DNA from: Scyliorhinus canicula | Lineage: Eukaryota | Direction of reading: 5' to 3' | DNA: 64,000 bases | NCBI RefSeq assembly: GCF_902713615.1 | Contig: NC_052163.1 | Span: forward strand, 100,184,622-100,248,621 | Part shown: positions 48,298 through 60,900 of the stretch, in pieces | Numbering within the stretch: position 1 is the first letter of the stretch | Layout of the letters: each line of letters opens with the position of its first letter | Made by a program: the position numbers and the translations under genes | Notes under the pieces: model-generated | Databases searched by the model: none | The model's input: the letters and a program-made list of their open reading frames with translations, nothing else | What the model was told of the DNA's origin: nothing

Positions 48298-49428
48298 TGC
48301 TACTAATTTCTTAGTAATGGATTCGCGCATTTTCCCGATTGAGAGAGAAATTAGATTAATTTGTAGTTTCCTGCTTTCTGTTTCCCTCCTTTCTTGAAAA
48401 GGGATGTTCCATTTTTGGTTTTCAGTCTGCAGGGCAGAATCTAATAAATTTTAGGAATATTGTAACCAATGCATCCACTCTCTCAGCAGCCATTTGGCTC
48501 CTCCCATTAATTACTTGATCCATATCCCACCAAGATGTCACATGACCTACTTAGCTAGGACTAACTACCACTCCCTCATAAATTACCTACACTCCAGGGA
48601 GTCTCCAGTAATCAAAATACGATTCCATTATCTGTAGCCTGGTTGGAATGAATGATCACGTTACCTTTTACGACTCTTTAATTACAGCTTTAGTAGACAC
48701 ACTGTTTGTATGTATGTTAACGTTTTTTAATAACATTACTACCACACAATATAAATATACATAACAACTTCCACGTTTCTCTCTCCCTTTTTCTCTATCA
48801 GTGCTTAGTTTCATCTGTTCCTTTTTATATACACTGTTAGAAGCTTTTACTGTCTTTCTATTTCTTGCCAGTTTCTCTGTCTTTTATTTTTTAGTCATCC
48901 TTTGCTGGTTCTAAAATTCTCCCCATCTTTTGACCTCCCACTAATCCTTTGAGCATGGTAAGCCATTTTAATTTAATGCCATCCTTAACTTCCTGTGTTA
49001 GTCATGGGTGGTGTTTCTTTCTCATAGACTGTTTCTTTCTGAGCTATGAAATATCTTTTTAAATGTGTGTGACTGCATCTCTACCATCTTCCTTTTTATC
49101 CTATTTTTCCATCCTACTTTAGCCATCCCTCTCGTCGTATCCTTGTAGTTGCCATTATTAGACTAATCTTACACAGTACGTTATTAATCATGTGTGTTGA
49201 TTAGATAGAATGCATCCTCTCGTCTCTTCCAGTTAAAATGACCACTCAGTGATATGATTATTTGCATCTGAAGGGGAGGCAAACCTTAAAACAATCAGCT
49301 TCTGGATATTATCAGTTACAGGCTTGTGGGTAACATTTGGAAATTGTTTGTGACCCATTCTGTCAGTGATGCCATTTTAATCTGTTTCTATGTCGGACAG
49401 CCGTTCAAAGGGGCTACAGCAACTAGAT

Positions 49429-49802
49429 CAGGGGTGGGCAAACTACGGCCCGCGGGCCACATGCGGCCCGCCAAAGGTCTTTATGCGGCCAACCAAGTCA
49501 TTAAAAAAAAAAAATTTTTTTTTAAAAACATTTTTTTTAAGGTTAATGGGGGGGGGGGGGGGGGGGGGGCTGTTGGGTTACTTACTGGTATAGGGCGGAT
49601 ACGTTGACTTGAGTAGGGTGATCATTGCTCGGCACAACATCGAGGGCCGAAGGGCCTGTTCTGTGCTGTACTGTTCTATGTTCTATATGAGGCGCCCAGA
49701 ATCATAACCGGGTGAAGTTATTTTACTTAATATACTATGCGGCCCTTTAAAATTGTGGATTTCTGAATGTGGCCCTTGCACGGAAAAGTTTGCCCACCCC
49801 TG
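49429..49802. mobile_element. Non-autonomous hAT (Charlie-type) MITE, 374 bp
   Basis: Perfect TIRs caggggtgggcaaact / agtttgcccacccctg; 8-bp TSD aactagat at 49421-49428 and 49803-49810. Confidence 0.92.
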
Positions 49803-49911
49803 AACTAGATTCTTGTGGTGGTGAAACTTTTGTGCAGCAATAAAACAGTCATTCTCTACAGAATGTCAGACCTTCCTTTAATTATCTTATTCTTGTAACT
49901 TCTCTTCATAG

Positions 49912-50004
49912 GCCTCGTTGGCTCAGCCTATCATATTGTTGGATTTCAACCTGCAAATGTTGTGGATGCAGTGCAGAGAGCAGCCAATGGCACCTTAACT
50001 ATGG
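49912..50004 (+). CDS. NDUFA11: NDUFA11 exon 2 (GLVGSAYHIVGFQPANVVDAVQRAANGTLTM)
   Basis: ttcatag|GC...ATGG|gtaagg, 93 nt, phase 1/1. Confidence 0.93.
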
Positions 50005-50599
50005 GTAAGGACATCTTTGTTTATGGTACAGTCCAATATTATTTGTGAAGACAACTTCACTCAGTATGATTCTCAGGAGAACTACTTTTCAGCAAGAACT
50101 TTCATTATTTTACTTGTGTACTGTGGTTTACTGTTGATGCTTGTGACCTTTGGAAATGTAGTTCCATTGGGCTACATGGATCCTTTAGAGGCACTGACTC
50201 TCTGGAGTGCTTGAATGCCGAGGTCAATGTGGTCTGCAGTACGGCACTGATATCACAACTAAAGAGAAGTTAAACACAGGGTGACCTTGAATGTAAAGGT
50301 ATCAGTGAAGCTAAAGATAAAAAGTTTAAAATATCAAGCAAGTGGGAGTATTATATTGAGTGCAGTTTTTGAACATTTGGAGGTGGCGTATAAGTCAGGA
50401 CACCTGATCGCTTCAGTTTTGCTCCCACATGCCTACATAGTGATGTTGATGTGATTAATGTAAGTGTAGCTTTAGACAGTGAGGCAGCACGAGGACTGCT
50501 GGTAAATGTTGAAATGGGCACCAGGCGGTTTGCATCATCAATGCGGTTATGGGAGCAAAGTACATGTTGGCAGCAATCTTGAAGGTTGCAAAAATTTTT

Positions 50600-52410
50600 T
50601 TTAATTGACTCTTGGAATGTTTGTGGGGGAGGTCAGTGACAAACTCAGCATTTACTGCTTAACCCCAATTGCCCTTGAGGAGGTGGTGGTGAGCCCACCT
50701 TCTTGACTCACTGCAGTCTATGTGGTGTCAGTACAGAGAGTGAGTTCCAGGATTTTGACCTAGTGACATTGAAAGAATGAGGATAAACTGCCAAGTCAGG
50801 ATAGTGGATGACGTGAAGGGACACTCTCGGGTGGTGGTGTTCCCATGCATCTGCCTCCATTGTCTGTCTGTGTGGTCGAGGCCGTGCATTTCGAAGGTGC
50901 TATTGAAGGAGGCCTTTAATGGTTGCTGCATTGTATCTTTTAGACAGTACTGTACACACTGCTGCCGTTGTACACTGGTGGTGGAGAGAATAAATGTTTA
51001 AGGTGGTGAATGAGGCACCAATCAAGTGGGAAGCTTAATCTTTGCTTCATGAGTGTTGTTGGAGCTGCAGTTATCCAAGCAAGGAGAGAGTATTCCATCA
51101 CATTCCCAACTAATTCCTTTTAGATGGTGGGTAGACTTTGTGGAGTCAGGATTTGAATCACTTGCCACAGAATTCAAAGCTTCTGACCTCTTGTAGCCAC
51201 AGAATCTGTATGGCTTCTCCATTAAGTTCCTGGAATGTGATAACCCTGATGATGTTGATAGTGAGGAATATCAAGCAGAGATGGTAGATTCTCTGTTGTT
51301 GGTGATGGTCATTGCCGAGCATTCATGGTGTGCATTTATTCATTAGACATCGACGTCATTGGCTAGGGCAGCATTTACCGACCATCCCTAATTGTCCTTG
51401 AGAGCTTGGTGAGCTGCCTTCTTGAACCGCTGCAGTTTCTGTGGTGTAGATACGGCCACAGTGCTGTTAGAAAGAGTTCCAAGATTTTAACCCAGTGACA
51501 GTGAAGGAACTTGCCACTTATCAGTCCAAGCCTGAATGCTGTTGAGGTCTTGCTGTTTGCAAGCACAGACTGCTTCAGTATCCAAGGAGTTGAGTTATAC
51601 TGACACTGCAATGATCAGCGAGCATCCCCACTCCTCATCCCCACTAATCCAGGAAAGTGGACAGTATTCCATCACATTCCCAACTATTGCCTTTTTAGAT
51701 GCTAGGCAGGCTTTGGGAAGTCAGGATTTGAGTCACTTGTTGCAGAATTCCCAGCCTCTGACCTGCTCTGTAATCATGAGTCCAGTTCAGTTTCTGGCCA
51801 ATGGTAACCCTCAGGATGCTGTTAGTGGGGAATTCAGTGATGCTAATGCCATTGAATGTCAGGTGAAGATTGTTGAATTCTTGCTTGTTGGAGATGGTCA
51901 TTGCCTTGCATTTGTATGGTGCAGATGTAACTTGCCACTTATCAGCCCAAGCCTGAATGTTGTCCATGTCTTGATGCGTGAGGGCCTGGTCTGCATCAGT
52001 ATCTGAGGAGTTGCGAATGGGGGTGTTGAAAATCGCCCTATCCATCTGCAAACATCCCCACTTCTGACCTTATGGTGGACGGAAGGTAATTGATGAAGCA
52101 GCTGAAGATGGTTGGGTCTAGAACACTACCTGAGGAACTCCTGGAGTGATCTCCTGCAACTGAGATGATGACCTCCAATAACCACAACCATCTTCACGAT
52201 GCCACACTCGATTAAATGCTGCCTTGACGTCAAAGGCAGTCACTCTCACCTCTCAAGTTCAAATCTTTTCTCCATGTTTAGACCAAGGCTGTAATTGATT
52301 CAGGAGCTGAGTGGCCCTGGCAGAACCCAAACTGAGTGTCAACGAACAGGTTATTTCTGAGTAAGTGCCCATTGAAAGCACTGTTAATGACCCTTTCCAT
52401 CATTTTGTTG
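50600..52410 (-). mobile_element. Stacked CR1/L2-group LINE fragments
   Basis: QDMDNIQAWADKWQVT..P.KCKAMTISNK; the same 3' segment recurs several times. Confidence 0.7.
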
Positions 52411-52901
52411 AAGAGTGTAAATTAAATTTAGACCAATTTGCATTAAATTTTTAAAACCTGCTGAAAATTCTAATTGCCTTTTAAGCAAAGAAATAAAGGC
52501 AAAGAAAATTTGGAACATATTAAATACTTGAGGATGCCATGATTTGAGGAAAGGTGTTTTCTATGTTACATAAGAACATAAAATCCTGAGCAATAAAAGA
52601 CTTTTCAGATAAAATCTACTTTCTCCAGAGTATGATTGCATGGAGTACTGTCTTATACTGCCGGTGGATCTATTACTGCAAGGGGTACTAATTTCCTTTG
52701 TTGACTTCCCAAGTAAATTCAATTGTGTTGAATGCAGCTTCAATCTTTCTTCTCAATAGATGTACTCCGATTAATTTTTACTGCTGTTTGATCAAAAGCC
52801 TTGTGAAATTGGCAGTTACTTCAAGTTCTTTTTCTCGTCTTATTTAGAGGGTTGTGTATAAAGGAATTTAATAAGCCCGTGCCCGTTTGCTTGACTTTCA
52901 G

Positions 52902-53024
52902 CTGCACTTGGTGCAATTTTTGGAGTGACCACTTGCCTAACTGCGCACATCCGAGGAACTGAAGATGATCCGTTAAATTATTTCATTGGAGGTTGTGCTT
53001 CAGGAATCATCCTCGGAGTGAGAG
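52902..53024 (+). CDS. NDUFA11: NDUFA11 exon 3 ([41 protein letters not shown])
   Basis: ctttcag|CT...AGAG|gtgagt, 123 nt; DDPLNYF.GGCA.G signature. Confidence 0.97.
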
Positions 53025-53279
53025 GTGAGTGCTTGTCACAGCTGTTTAATAGTGCTTTAATTCTTCGAGAAATTTCTAATAAGGTTCTGGAAAGTGATTG
53101 TCAAAAAATAACTTTATTTTTAAAAAAATGAACACTGCAAACAGTTCATTTGCATTAACTGCTATTTCTGTGGCTATATTTTAGTTTTTGGGCGGAAGGT
53201 GGTAAAAGGAAAAGAGTCCACAAACATGGTCAGAGTTGGAAAGAATTGTGAAGAAACAACATTAAAGCTCTTTAGGAAT

Positions 53280-55860
53280 TCTGGGTTAGGGGGCTCTGTT
53301 AATGAAGGATGAGATCAGTACAGTAGTGAGAAATGATCTTGGTTTGGAGGGTTAAAATGTAGAATAAGTTTGGGTAGAAATAAGAAATAGCAAAGGAAAG
53401 AAGTCACAAGGTTCATAGCTCACTGACAGTAGCTATGGTTTTGGACAGAATATAAATCAAGAAATAATGAGGGCTTATGAGAAATGTACTGCAGTAATCG
53501 AGGAAGATTTTAATCTTCATATAGATTGGATGAATCAAATTGACCAAGGTAGCCTGTAGATGAGTTCTTAAAGTAGTTGGGACAGTTTCTTAGAACAATA
53601 CATTCTGGAGCCAACCAAGGCACTACTATTTTAGACCTGGTAATGTGTAATGAGACATAAATGATTAATGAACCTCCTAGCAAACGATCTTCTGGATCTA
53701 AGAGTGATCATAACGGGATATACTTTCATATTCAGTTTGAGGGTGAGAAATCTGGGCCTGAAGCTAGTGGCTTAAACTTAAATAAAAGCATTTACAAGGG
53801 TAAGAAGACAGAGTTGACTTAAGTGAAATGGGTAAAAAGGTTTACACGGTAAGACTATAGAGCAGCAATGGCAGACATTTTAAGTAGATATTTCATAATA
53901 AAGATATATTCCATTGAGAAATAAAGACTATGAGAAGGATGCACCATCTGTGCCTAACTAAGGAAGTTAAGGATGTTACAAAATTGAAACAAAAAATGTA
54001 TAATGCTGTAATGATTAGAGGTAGTGCGGAAGATGAGGAAATCATCAAAAGATGACCTTAAAAATAAGAGGAAAATTTGGAGTATGAGAGAAAATGAGCA
54101 AATATAAAAACAGACAGTAAAAGCTTTTGCATGTGTATGTAGAAAGGAAGAGAGTAGCTAAAGGAAGTCTTGGTCCTTTGGGGGAGACGACTGGGGAAAT
54201 AATAATGGGAAACAATAAAATGGCAGAGACTTCAAACCAATAATTTTTATCTGTCTTCACAGTAGAAGACACTGAAAACATCCCCCAAAAAAGTAGAGAA
54301 TTAAGAGGTGGGAGGAAGGAACGTACAAGTGCTAAGAAAGCTAATGGGACTGAAGGCTGACAAGTCTCCTGGATCTGATGGCTTACATCCTAGAGTCTTG
54401 AAGTGGCTACAAGATAGTAGGTTAATAAGTTGTAATCTTTCAGACTTCCCTAGATTCTGGAAAGCTAGCGGATTGAAACACGGCAGATGTAACACCTGCA
54501 TCTAAGAAAGGAGGAATGTAGAAAGTAGGAATCTACAGACCAGTGAACCTCATATCTGTCGTTGGGAAATGTTAATATTGAAGAAGTAGCAGCAGGGCAT
54601 TCAGCAAATCATAATACAGTCAGGCATGTCAGCATGGTCTTGTGAAAAAAGAGTGTTTGACAAATTTATTTGAGTTGTTTGAGGATGTAGCAAGCAGAGT
54701 GGATAAGGAGGAACTAGGAGATATAATGTGTGTGAATTTCCAAAAGGCATTTGATAAGGTGTCACATAAAATAGCTACTGCACACGTTAAAAGCTTGTGG
54801 TGTTGGGGGTGACATAGGAATATGGATTAGCTAACTCACAAGAACAGTCAGGGTAAACAAATCATTTTGAGGCTGGCAAACTAATTAGCGGGGTACCGCA
54901 GGGATCAAGGCTGGGGCCTTAACTACTTATGATTTGTTTCGTGATTTGGATGAAGGGACAGACTGTATCTTCAGCAAATTTGGCTACAATACAAAGGTAA
55001 GAAAGCAAGTTATTAGGAGGACACCGTCTGCAAAGGGATATAGATAGGTTAAATGAATTGTCAAAATATTTGGCAGATGGAGCATAATGTGGGAAAATGT
55101 AAGTTTGTCCACTCTGGTAGAAATAATAGAAAAGCAGAATATTATTTGAATGGAGAGAGACTAGAGAATGCTGCAGGGCAGAGGGATCTGGGTGTCCTTG
55201 TACATAATCACAAAAAGCTAGTATGCTAATACAGCAAGTAATTAGGAAGGCAGATGGAATATTGGCTTTTATTTCAAGGGTGATGGTGTCTAAAAGTTGG
55301 GAAGTTGTGCTTCGGTTGTACGGGACATTGGTTAAACTGCACCTAGAGTTCTATGTGTCGCTTAGGGCTCCTTACTTATGGAGGGATGTGCTTGCATTGG
55401 AAGCAGTTCAGAGAAGGTTCACAAAGCTGATTCTTGAGCTGGAGGGTTTGGCTTAGGAGGTGAGATTGAGCAGGTTGGACCTACACCCATTGGATGAGAG
55501 GTGATCTTACAGACTCTGAGGGAGATTGACAGGGAGGTTGTTTCCCCCGCGTGGGGAAATCTAGAACTGGGGACACGGTTTCAAATTTAGGAGTCTTCCA
55601 TTTAAGATGGAGGTGAGGAGGATTTTTTTCTCTGAGGATTGTTATTGTTTGTTATTATCTTCCATAGAAAGGAATGGAGGCTGGATCGTTAAATATATTC
55701 TAGGCTGAGTTAGAAATTTTTTTGATCTACAAAGGAGTCCAGGCTTATGGGGAACGGGCAGGAAAATAGAGTGGCGGCCCGACTTTGAACCGTCATGATT
55801 TTACTGAATGGCGGAGCAGGCTCGAGGAATCAAGTAACTTACTCCTATTTCTGATGATCT
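53280..55860 (+). mobile_element. Degraded CR1 LINE (ORF2 and 3' tail)
   Basis: KADKSPGSDGLHPRVLK, FQKAFDKV, DVLALEAVQRRFTKLI and CR1 tail. Confidence 0.88.
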
Positions 55861-55889
55861 TAGGATAATTGTGCGCCTCTGGGTAAAAC

Positions 55890-57540
55890 ATGCTGTGCTC
55901 ACTTTCCAGTTTCGTCACCTAGTACCAACTTCAGCACTCCCAGTTCTGAAGGAAGTTCGGCAGATGGAAGATATTTTCAGGAGAACGTTCTGGTGGTATG
56001 GACCATAATTCAGTTAGATTTAGCATGGTTAAGGAAAAGGACAGAGAAAGACCAGGAGTAAAATTTCTTAATCGGGGAAAGATGAATTTTACCAAGCTTG
56101 AGGTGTGATTCAGCAAAAGTAAACTGGGAGTGTGTACTTGGAGGTAAATCTCTGTCGGAGCCGTCGGAGACATTCAAGGAAGAGATACCAAAGATTCAGA
56201 ATAAATAAGCTCCCACAAAGTAAAAGGGAGCAACTCTGAAATCCAGATCCACCTGAATGTCCGCAAGCAGAGTAGGGTAAGGTTATGCTGGATGCCAAGA
56301 ACTATATATTGCAAAAAGCCTAGGGGTATGTAGTAAATGTAGGGATGAAATTAGGAAAGCAGAAAGGTCATGAAAAATGTTGGCAAGCAAAATCAGGGAC
56401 AATCCAAGGATGTTGTGCAAGTACATAAAAGTGCAAGAGGATAGTACGGTCTTTTGGAGATCAGAAAGGTAACCTGTGCATGGATGCAGAGGGCCCCTTT
56501 ATGTGGGCATGGTTCTTAATGAAATGAAAATCGCTTATTGTCACAAGTAGGCTTCAATGAAGTTACTGTGAAAAGCCCTTAGTCGCCACATTCCGGCGCC
56601 TGTTCAGGGATGCTGGTACGGGAATTGAACGTGGCCTGCCTTGGTCTGATTTAAAAGCCAGCAACTTAGCCCAGTGTGCTAAACCAGCCCCTGGCTGAAT
56701 GCTAATGAATGCTTGCCATCTTATCTTCAGAGAAGTGTGAAATATTGGATGGGTAAACAGATCAAGGACAGACGTAATAAGTGGTATAGCTTTGAAAGTA
56801 GATAAATCACCTGGCCCAAGTGAAATGTATCCCAGGCTGTTCAGAGAAGAAAGGGAGGAAATAGCGGAACCACTGACCATAATTTCCCACATAACTGTAC
56901 AGTGCAGAAGGAGGTCATTAGGCCCTTGAGTCTTGACTGGCTCTCTACCCAGCCCCATTCCTCCGCCATCTCCCCTTTATCTTGCACATTCTTTTCCGAG
57001 AGAAATCCAATTCCCTTCTGAATACCTCAATCGAACCTGCTTTTCAGCAAGGTTGTTCCAGACTCCAACCACCCTTTGGGTGAAAAAGGTTTTCCTCATC
57101 ACTTTCACTCACTCTTTTTGCCAATTATTTTGAATCTGTGTCCGTTAGTTCTTGATGCTCTCATCAATGGGAACAATTTCTCACCATTTACCCTGTCCAT
57201 ACCCCTCAGGACCTTGAAATACCTTTAGCAAGTCTCCTCTCAACCTTCTTTACGCCAAGGGAAACAGTCCCAGCCTCTCTAATCTATCCTCATAGCTACA
57301 GTTGTTTATCCCTGGAGTCATTCTTGTGAATCTCCTCTGTACTCCATTGGATGCCTTCAGATCCTGCCTCAAGTAAGGCACCCAAAACTTGGACTCGGCT
57401 CCAATTCTCTCTGGCTACAGGTATGGTGCCTGAGGGATGCCAATCCTGCACCATTATTTCAAAATGGATAGACCAAGTAACTACAGGCTAATCACGCTAA
57501 TCTCAGCAATGGGTAAATTATTGAAAAAAAATTTGAGGGT
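55890..57540 (+). mobile_element. Second degraded CR1 fragment with nested SINE (56519-56692, minus) and antisense CR1 tail (about 56890-57395)
   Basis: VDKSPGPSEMYPRL-like remnant interrupted by the insertions. Confidence 0.65.
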
Positions 57541-57859
57541 CTATATAAATCTTAACTTTCATTTAAAAAAAAATGTTGGACTGTAACTTCCTTGGAGTGG
57601 CAATCAACAGTGGATTGTCATTCTGTACCGATTTACCTACATTTAAATTCTCAAGCGGCTATCTCGCCTGACCTTCCTGACTCAGGCTGGAAGAGACTTG
57701 AGCAGTGAAGCTTGTCCTGTCTCCAGCAGCAAAGTGTAAAGAAAAACTGAAACAAAGGAGGACAAATCCCTGTTTTTTTTAGAACACTAGCTGCTCTGAA
57801 GCAGGTGAGTTTAAATGCCCCATTGAAAATAACAGATCATGGATAAAGGAACCGAAGGC

Positions 57860-58325
57860 CGAATGGGCAAGATAGGAGGAGGGCTCCTCATGGGGACATC
57901 CCTTCGGGCCCTGGCCACGGCAGCGCTCCCTTCCTCACCGTTTTGACTCTCAACGAGCCCAGTGGTGATAGCCACACTCCAGTTGTGGAATCAACTACGA
58001 CAGCACTTCAGTCTAACTGAGATGTCCATTAAGACCCCCATCTGCAAAAACCACAGGTTCATGCAAACCAAAATGGATGCTGCCTTCAAAAGGTGGAGAC
58101 AGGACAGCGGGGGGAGGGGGGGGGGGGGGGAGGGAGGAGAAGAGCATTGACAGTTAGGGACTTCTACACAGACAACGGACTGGCAACACTAGAGGAACTG
58201 ACCAAGAAGTTCCAACTGACCGGGGTAAACAAATTAAGACACATGCGAGTTTAAAAACTTCCTATGTAGGGAAACAAAGACATATCTACGGACACCACAA
58301 CAATCGCTATCAGAGCACCTATTGG
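57860..58325 (+). mobile_element. L1 ORF2 internal fragment
   Basis: PVVIATLQLWNQLRQHF...TPICKNHRF is homologous to the L1 at 26.0-26.2 kb. Confidence 0.75.
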
Positions 58326-58886
58326 ACATGCATCCTTTTTCTATACATATAAGAACAGATTGTAAGAGATTTTACAATTTTTTATTAGTTTACTCTCGTA
58401 TCCTAATTTCTCCCTCTATCAATTTCCTGGTCACTCTGCTGACAAATAAAACATTCCCAATCGTTAGAATAAATGCTCACTTTGCCAAGATTCAAACTGC
58501 TTTTTTCACCAATGCTTGTAACATTTTTTCAGTGGAAATTTTATCCTTTAAGGGAATGTTGGAAAATATGAATTCTTTCTTCAAATATTTATTAACATTG
58601 TATATCTACTGTTGTATCTTTTAATCCAATTTCCTAATCTCCCTCAGACAAACTCCCCACTCCCTCATAACACCATAATTGGCTTTGTTTTAAAAACACT
58701 TTTTCAATCAATGAAGCAATCATCTGCAGTGAAATCTTTGAAGCGAAAAAATATTATTCTCCTCCTTCAGCACTTGGCATAGATTATTTTGTTTTGAATT
58801 GAATTAATTCTTCAGTGTGTGTGGCAGTGTGTATAAGCCTTTATGGTAGAGTTACTCACATTTTTCTTGGCCAAAATATATGATAG

Positions 58887-59085
58887 TAGTAAGAAGTCTT
58901 ACAACACCAGGTTAAAGTCCAACATGTTTGTTTCAAACACTAGCTTTCGAAACACTGCTCCTTCCTCAGGTGAATTGAAGGAGCAGTGCTCTGAAAGCTA
59001 GTGTTTGAAACAAACATGTTGGACTTTAACCTGATGTTGTAAGACTTCTTACTGTGGTCATCGCAGTCCAACGCCGGCATCTCCA
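58887..59085. mobile_element. Penelope-like inverted terminal-repeat insertion
   Basis: 77-bp inverted arms (58888-58964 / 58977-59053); 15-bp TSD caaaatatatgatag at 58872-58886 and 59086-59100. Confidence 0.85.
58938..58973 (-). ncRNA. Minimal type I hammerhead ribozyme-like motif (Penelope-associated)
   Basis: CAC CUGAGGA A GGAGC-AGU-GUUUC GAAA GCUA GUG: conserved core, stem II, palindromic AGCU and stem I CAC/GUG. Confidence 0.6.
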
Positions 59086-60000
59086 CAAAATATATGATAG
59101 AATTAAGGTATTAGTAATTTCAGTATGAATTTAATATTCTGTTTGAATTGTGGCCCCTTGCTCAATTTTGGTAAGCAGATCTTGTGTCAGACTGACTAAT
59201 CCTGAGTAGAACATTAGCTGAATTACTGGACTGATGTGGTGATCTGATTTGAAATCATGTCGATGGATTCTTGCCTCAGAATTGTACCTTTTTAATTTTG
59301 TTGCCCATCCTGAGGTTCTTATATTAAACACAGGAGTCAGTAGTGCCGTAAACCTTCTAGTAATAATTCAAAAGCATGCTGGCACTTGTAACAAATGTAT
59401 ACTCGAAGGGGCCTCTGAAGTGGTGGGGATGAGGAATTGGGAGATTTCCAATTGTGAGAACTCTTTAGAAGTAGTTTATATTTGAAGAGTATCTGAATTA
59501 ACATTTCACCCCACTCTCTTTTTTCGTCCAGTTGGATTTGAGAGCCATATCTGAGTTACAGTCACAATCGAAGGACCCTACTTAATGGACCAGTGTAGTT
59601 GACTGGTTGTTGTGAGAGCTGCTGTTCCTTAAGTTGTCCACTAGATAGCGCCAGATAGATGGTTTTGTGAACACTTTTTAAGGCCCAAACATGGTAATGT
59701 TCTCACTCTAGCAGTTCCCATGATTTGTGATTGAACAATTAACATTTGAAACTCTGTACGCTGATTTCTATGTCCCAGCTTGCTTTTGAAAAACTTCCAG
59801 TATACTTCAATGTAATGGCCTTTCATAGTATGGGCTCTGATGTGGCTATTACAAGGTTTCAAATATGTTGGTCTCCATATTGTGTGTCCAGTTAATGATT
59901 TTTTCACTGTGCAGTGATCTCTTGAGTAGGTACAGAATGTTTCATGCTCTGTATTGGTTACTCAGATTTAGTAATGTGAAAAATGACTTGTATTTTAGAA

Positions 60001-60085
60001 TTAGAAAATGTTGGAAATTCTGCAGGTCTGGCAGCATTTGTGTAGAGAATTAATGTTTCTGGTTGATGACCTTTCATCAGAACTG
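60001..60085 (-). mobile_element. Penelope-like remnant with degenerate hammerhead core
   Basis: Minus strand CUGAUGA AAGGUCAUCAACCA GAAACAUUA. Confidence 0.5.
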
Positions 60086-60125
60086 TTAGAATTTTAACAC
60101 TGGAATACCTTGTCTCTTTCCACAG

Positions 60126-60238
60126 CTCACAGCTACATGACTGGTACCTCAGCCTGCCTTGGTCTTGGCGTAATTGCAGCTCTCACAAAGATGGGCAAGA
60201 TGGAAGGTTGGCGCATATCGGGACCTCCCAAACTTTGA
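60126..60238 (+). CDS. NDUFA11: NDUFA11 exon 4 (AHSYMTGTSACLGLGVIAALTKMGKMEGWRISGPPKL*)
   Basis: tttccacag|CT; KMG..EGW motif; TGA at 60236-60238; spliced CDS 408 nt = 135 aa. Confidence 0.96.
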
Positions 60239-60281
60239 AAAAAGCTCAAGCAGCACAACTGTAATATAGTGTATTCTGTCC

Positions 60282-60287
60282 AATAAA
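60282..60287 (+). terminator. NDUFA11 polyadenylation signal
   Basis: AATAAA 43 nt after the stop codon. Confidence 0.7.
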
Positions 60288-60600
60288 AAAAATATAATTC
60301 AACCTCAGTGTCACTAATGGTGAACCTCGGCCAAGTACATGTGTGTTGGGTTGCAAAATGAGTAAAGTAGCTTTGACTTTCAGTCCCTTTCATTTTCTCT
60401 CTAGGGCATCTTTTGAAATGTGGGCTGACTGTGTATTGTTTTCTCTCCTCGCAGTGCATGCCCTGCAGATGGAACAGTTTTCCAGCTCGTTATTTCACCC
60501 AAGTTGACCATTTTTCCTATTCAAGCATTGACATTAAAGCGAAGCTTGTTTTCAGCTGGACTTGCCTAACTGGAGCCTATGTGTGGTTTTCCTCTTCCTG

Positions 60601-60900
60601 TTGCACAGTGGTTAACACTGCTGCTTCACTGTGGCAGGGACCCGGGTTCAATTCCGGCCCTGGGTGTCTATGTGGAGCTTGCACTTTCTCGCCATGCCTG
60701 CCTAGGTTTCCTCTTGGTGCTCTGGTTTCCACCCACAATCCAAAGGTGTGCAGTTTGGTGGACTGGCCACGCTAAATTGCCCTTCGGTGGGGTTATGGGG
60801 ATAGGGTGGGGGATTGGGCCTAGGTAGGGTGCTCTTTCAGAGGGTCGGTGCAGACTCGATGGGCCGATTGGCCTCCTTCTGCACTGTAGGGATTCTGTGA
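60601..60900 (+). mobile_element. HE1/V-SINE, CR1-tailed form
   Basis: SINE consensus ending ggcctccttctgcactgtagggattctgtgattct. Confidence 0.85.

Noticed and set aside
26312-49570. Long poly-C/poly-G runs as functional G-quadruplex elements
   Set aside because: Mostly inside transposons, and homopolymer lengths are error-prone in assemblies.
60106-60125. NDUFA11 exon 4 acceptor donated by a Penelope arm
   Set aside because: Similarity is limited to a generic polypyrimidine tract, and the exon boundary fits the conserved vertebrate structure.
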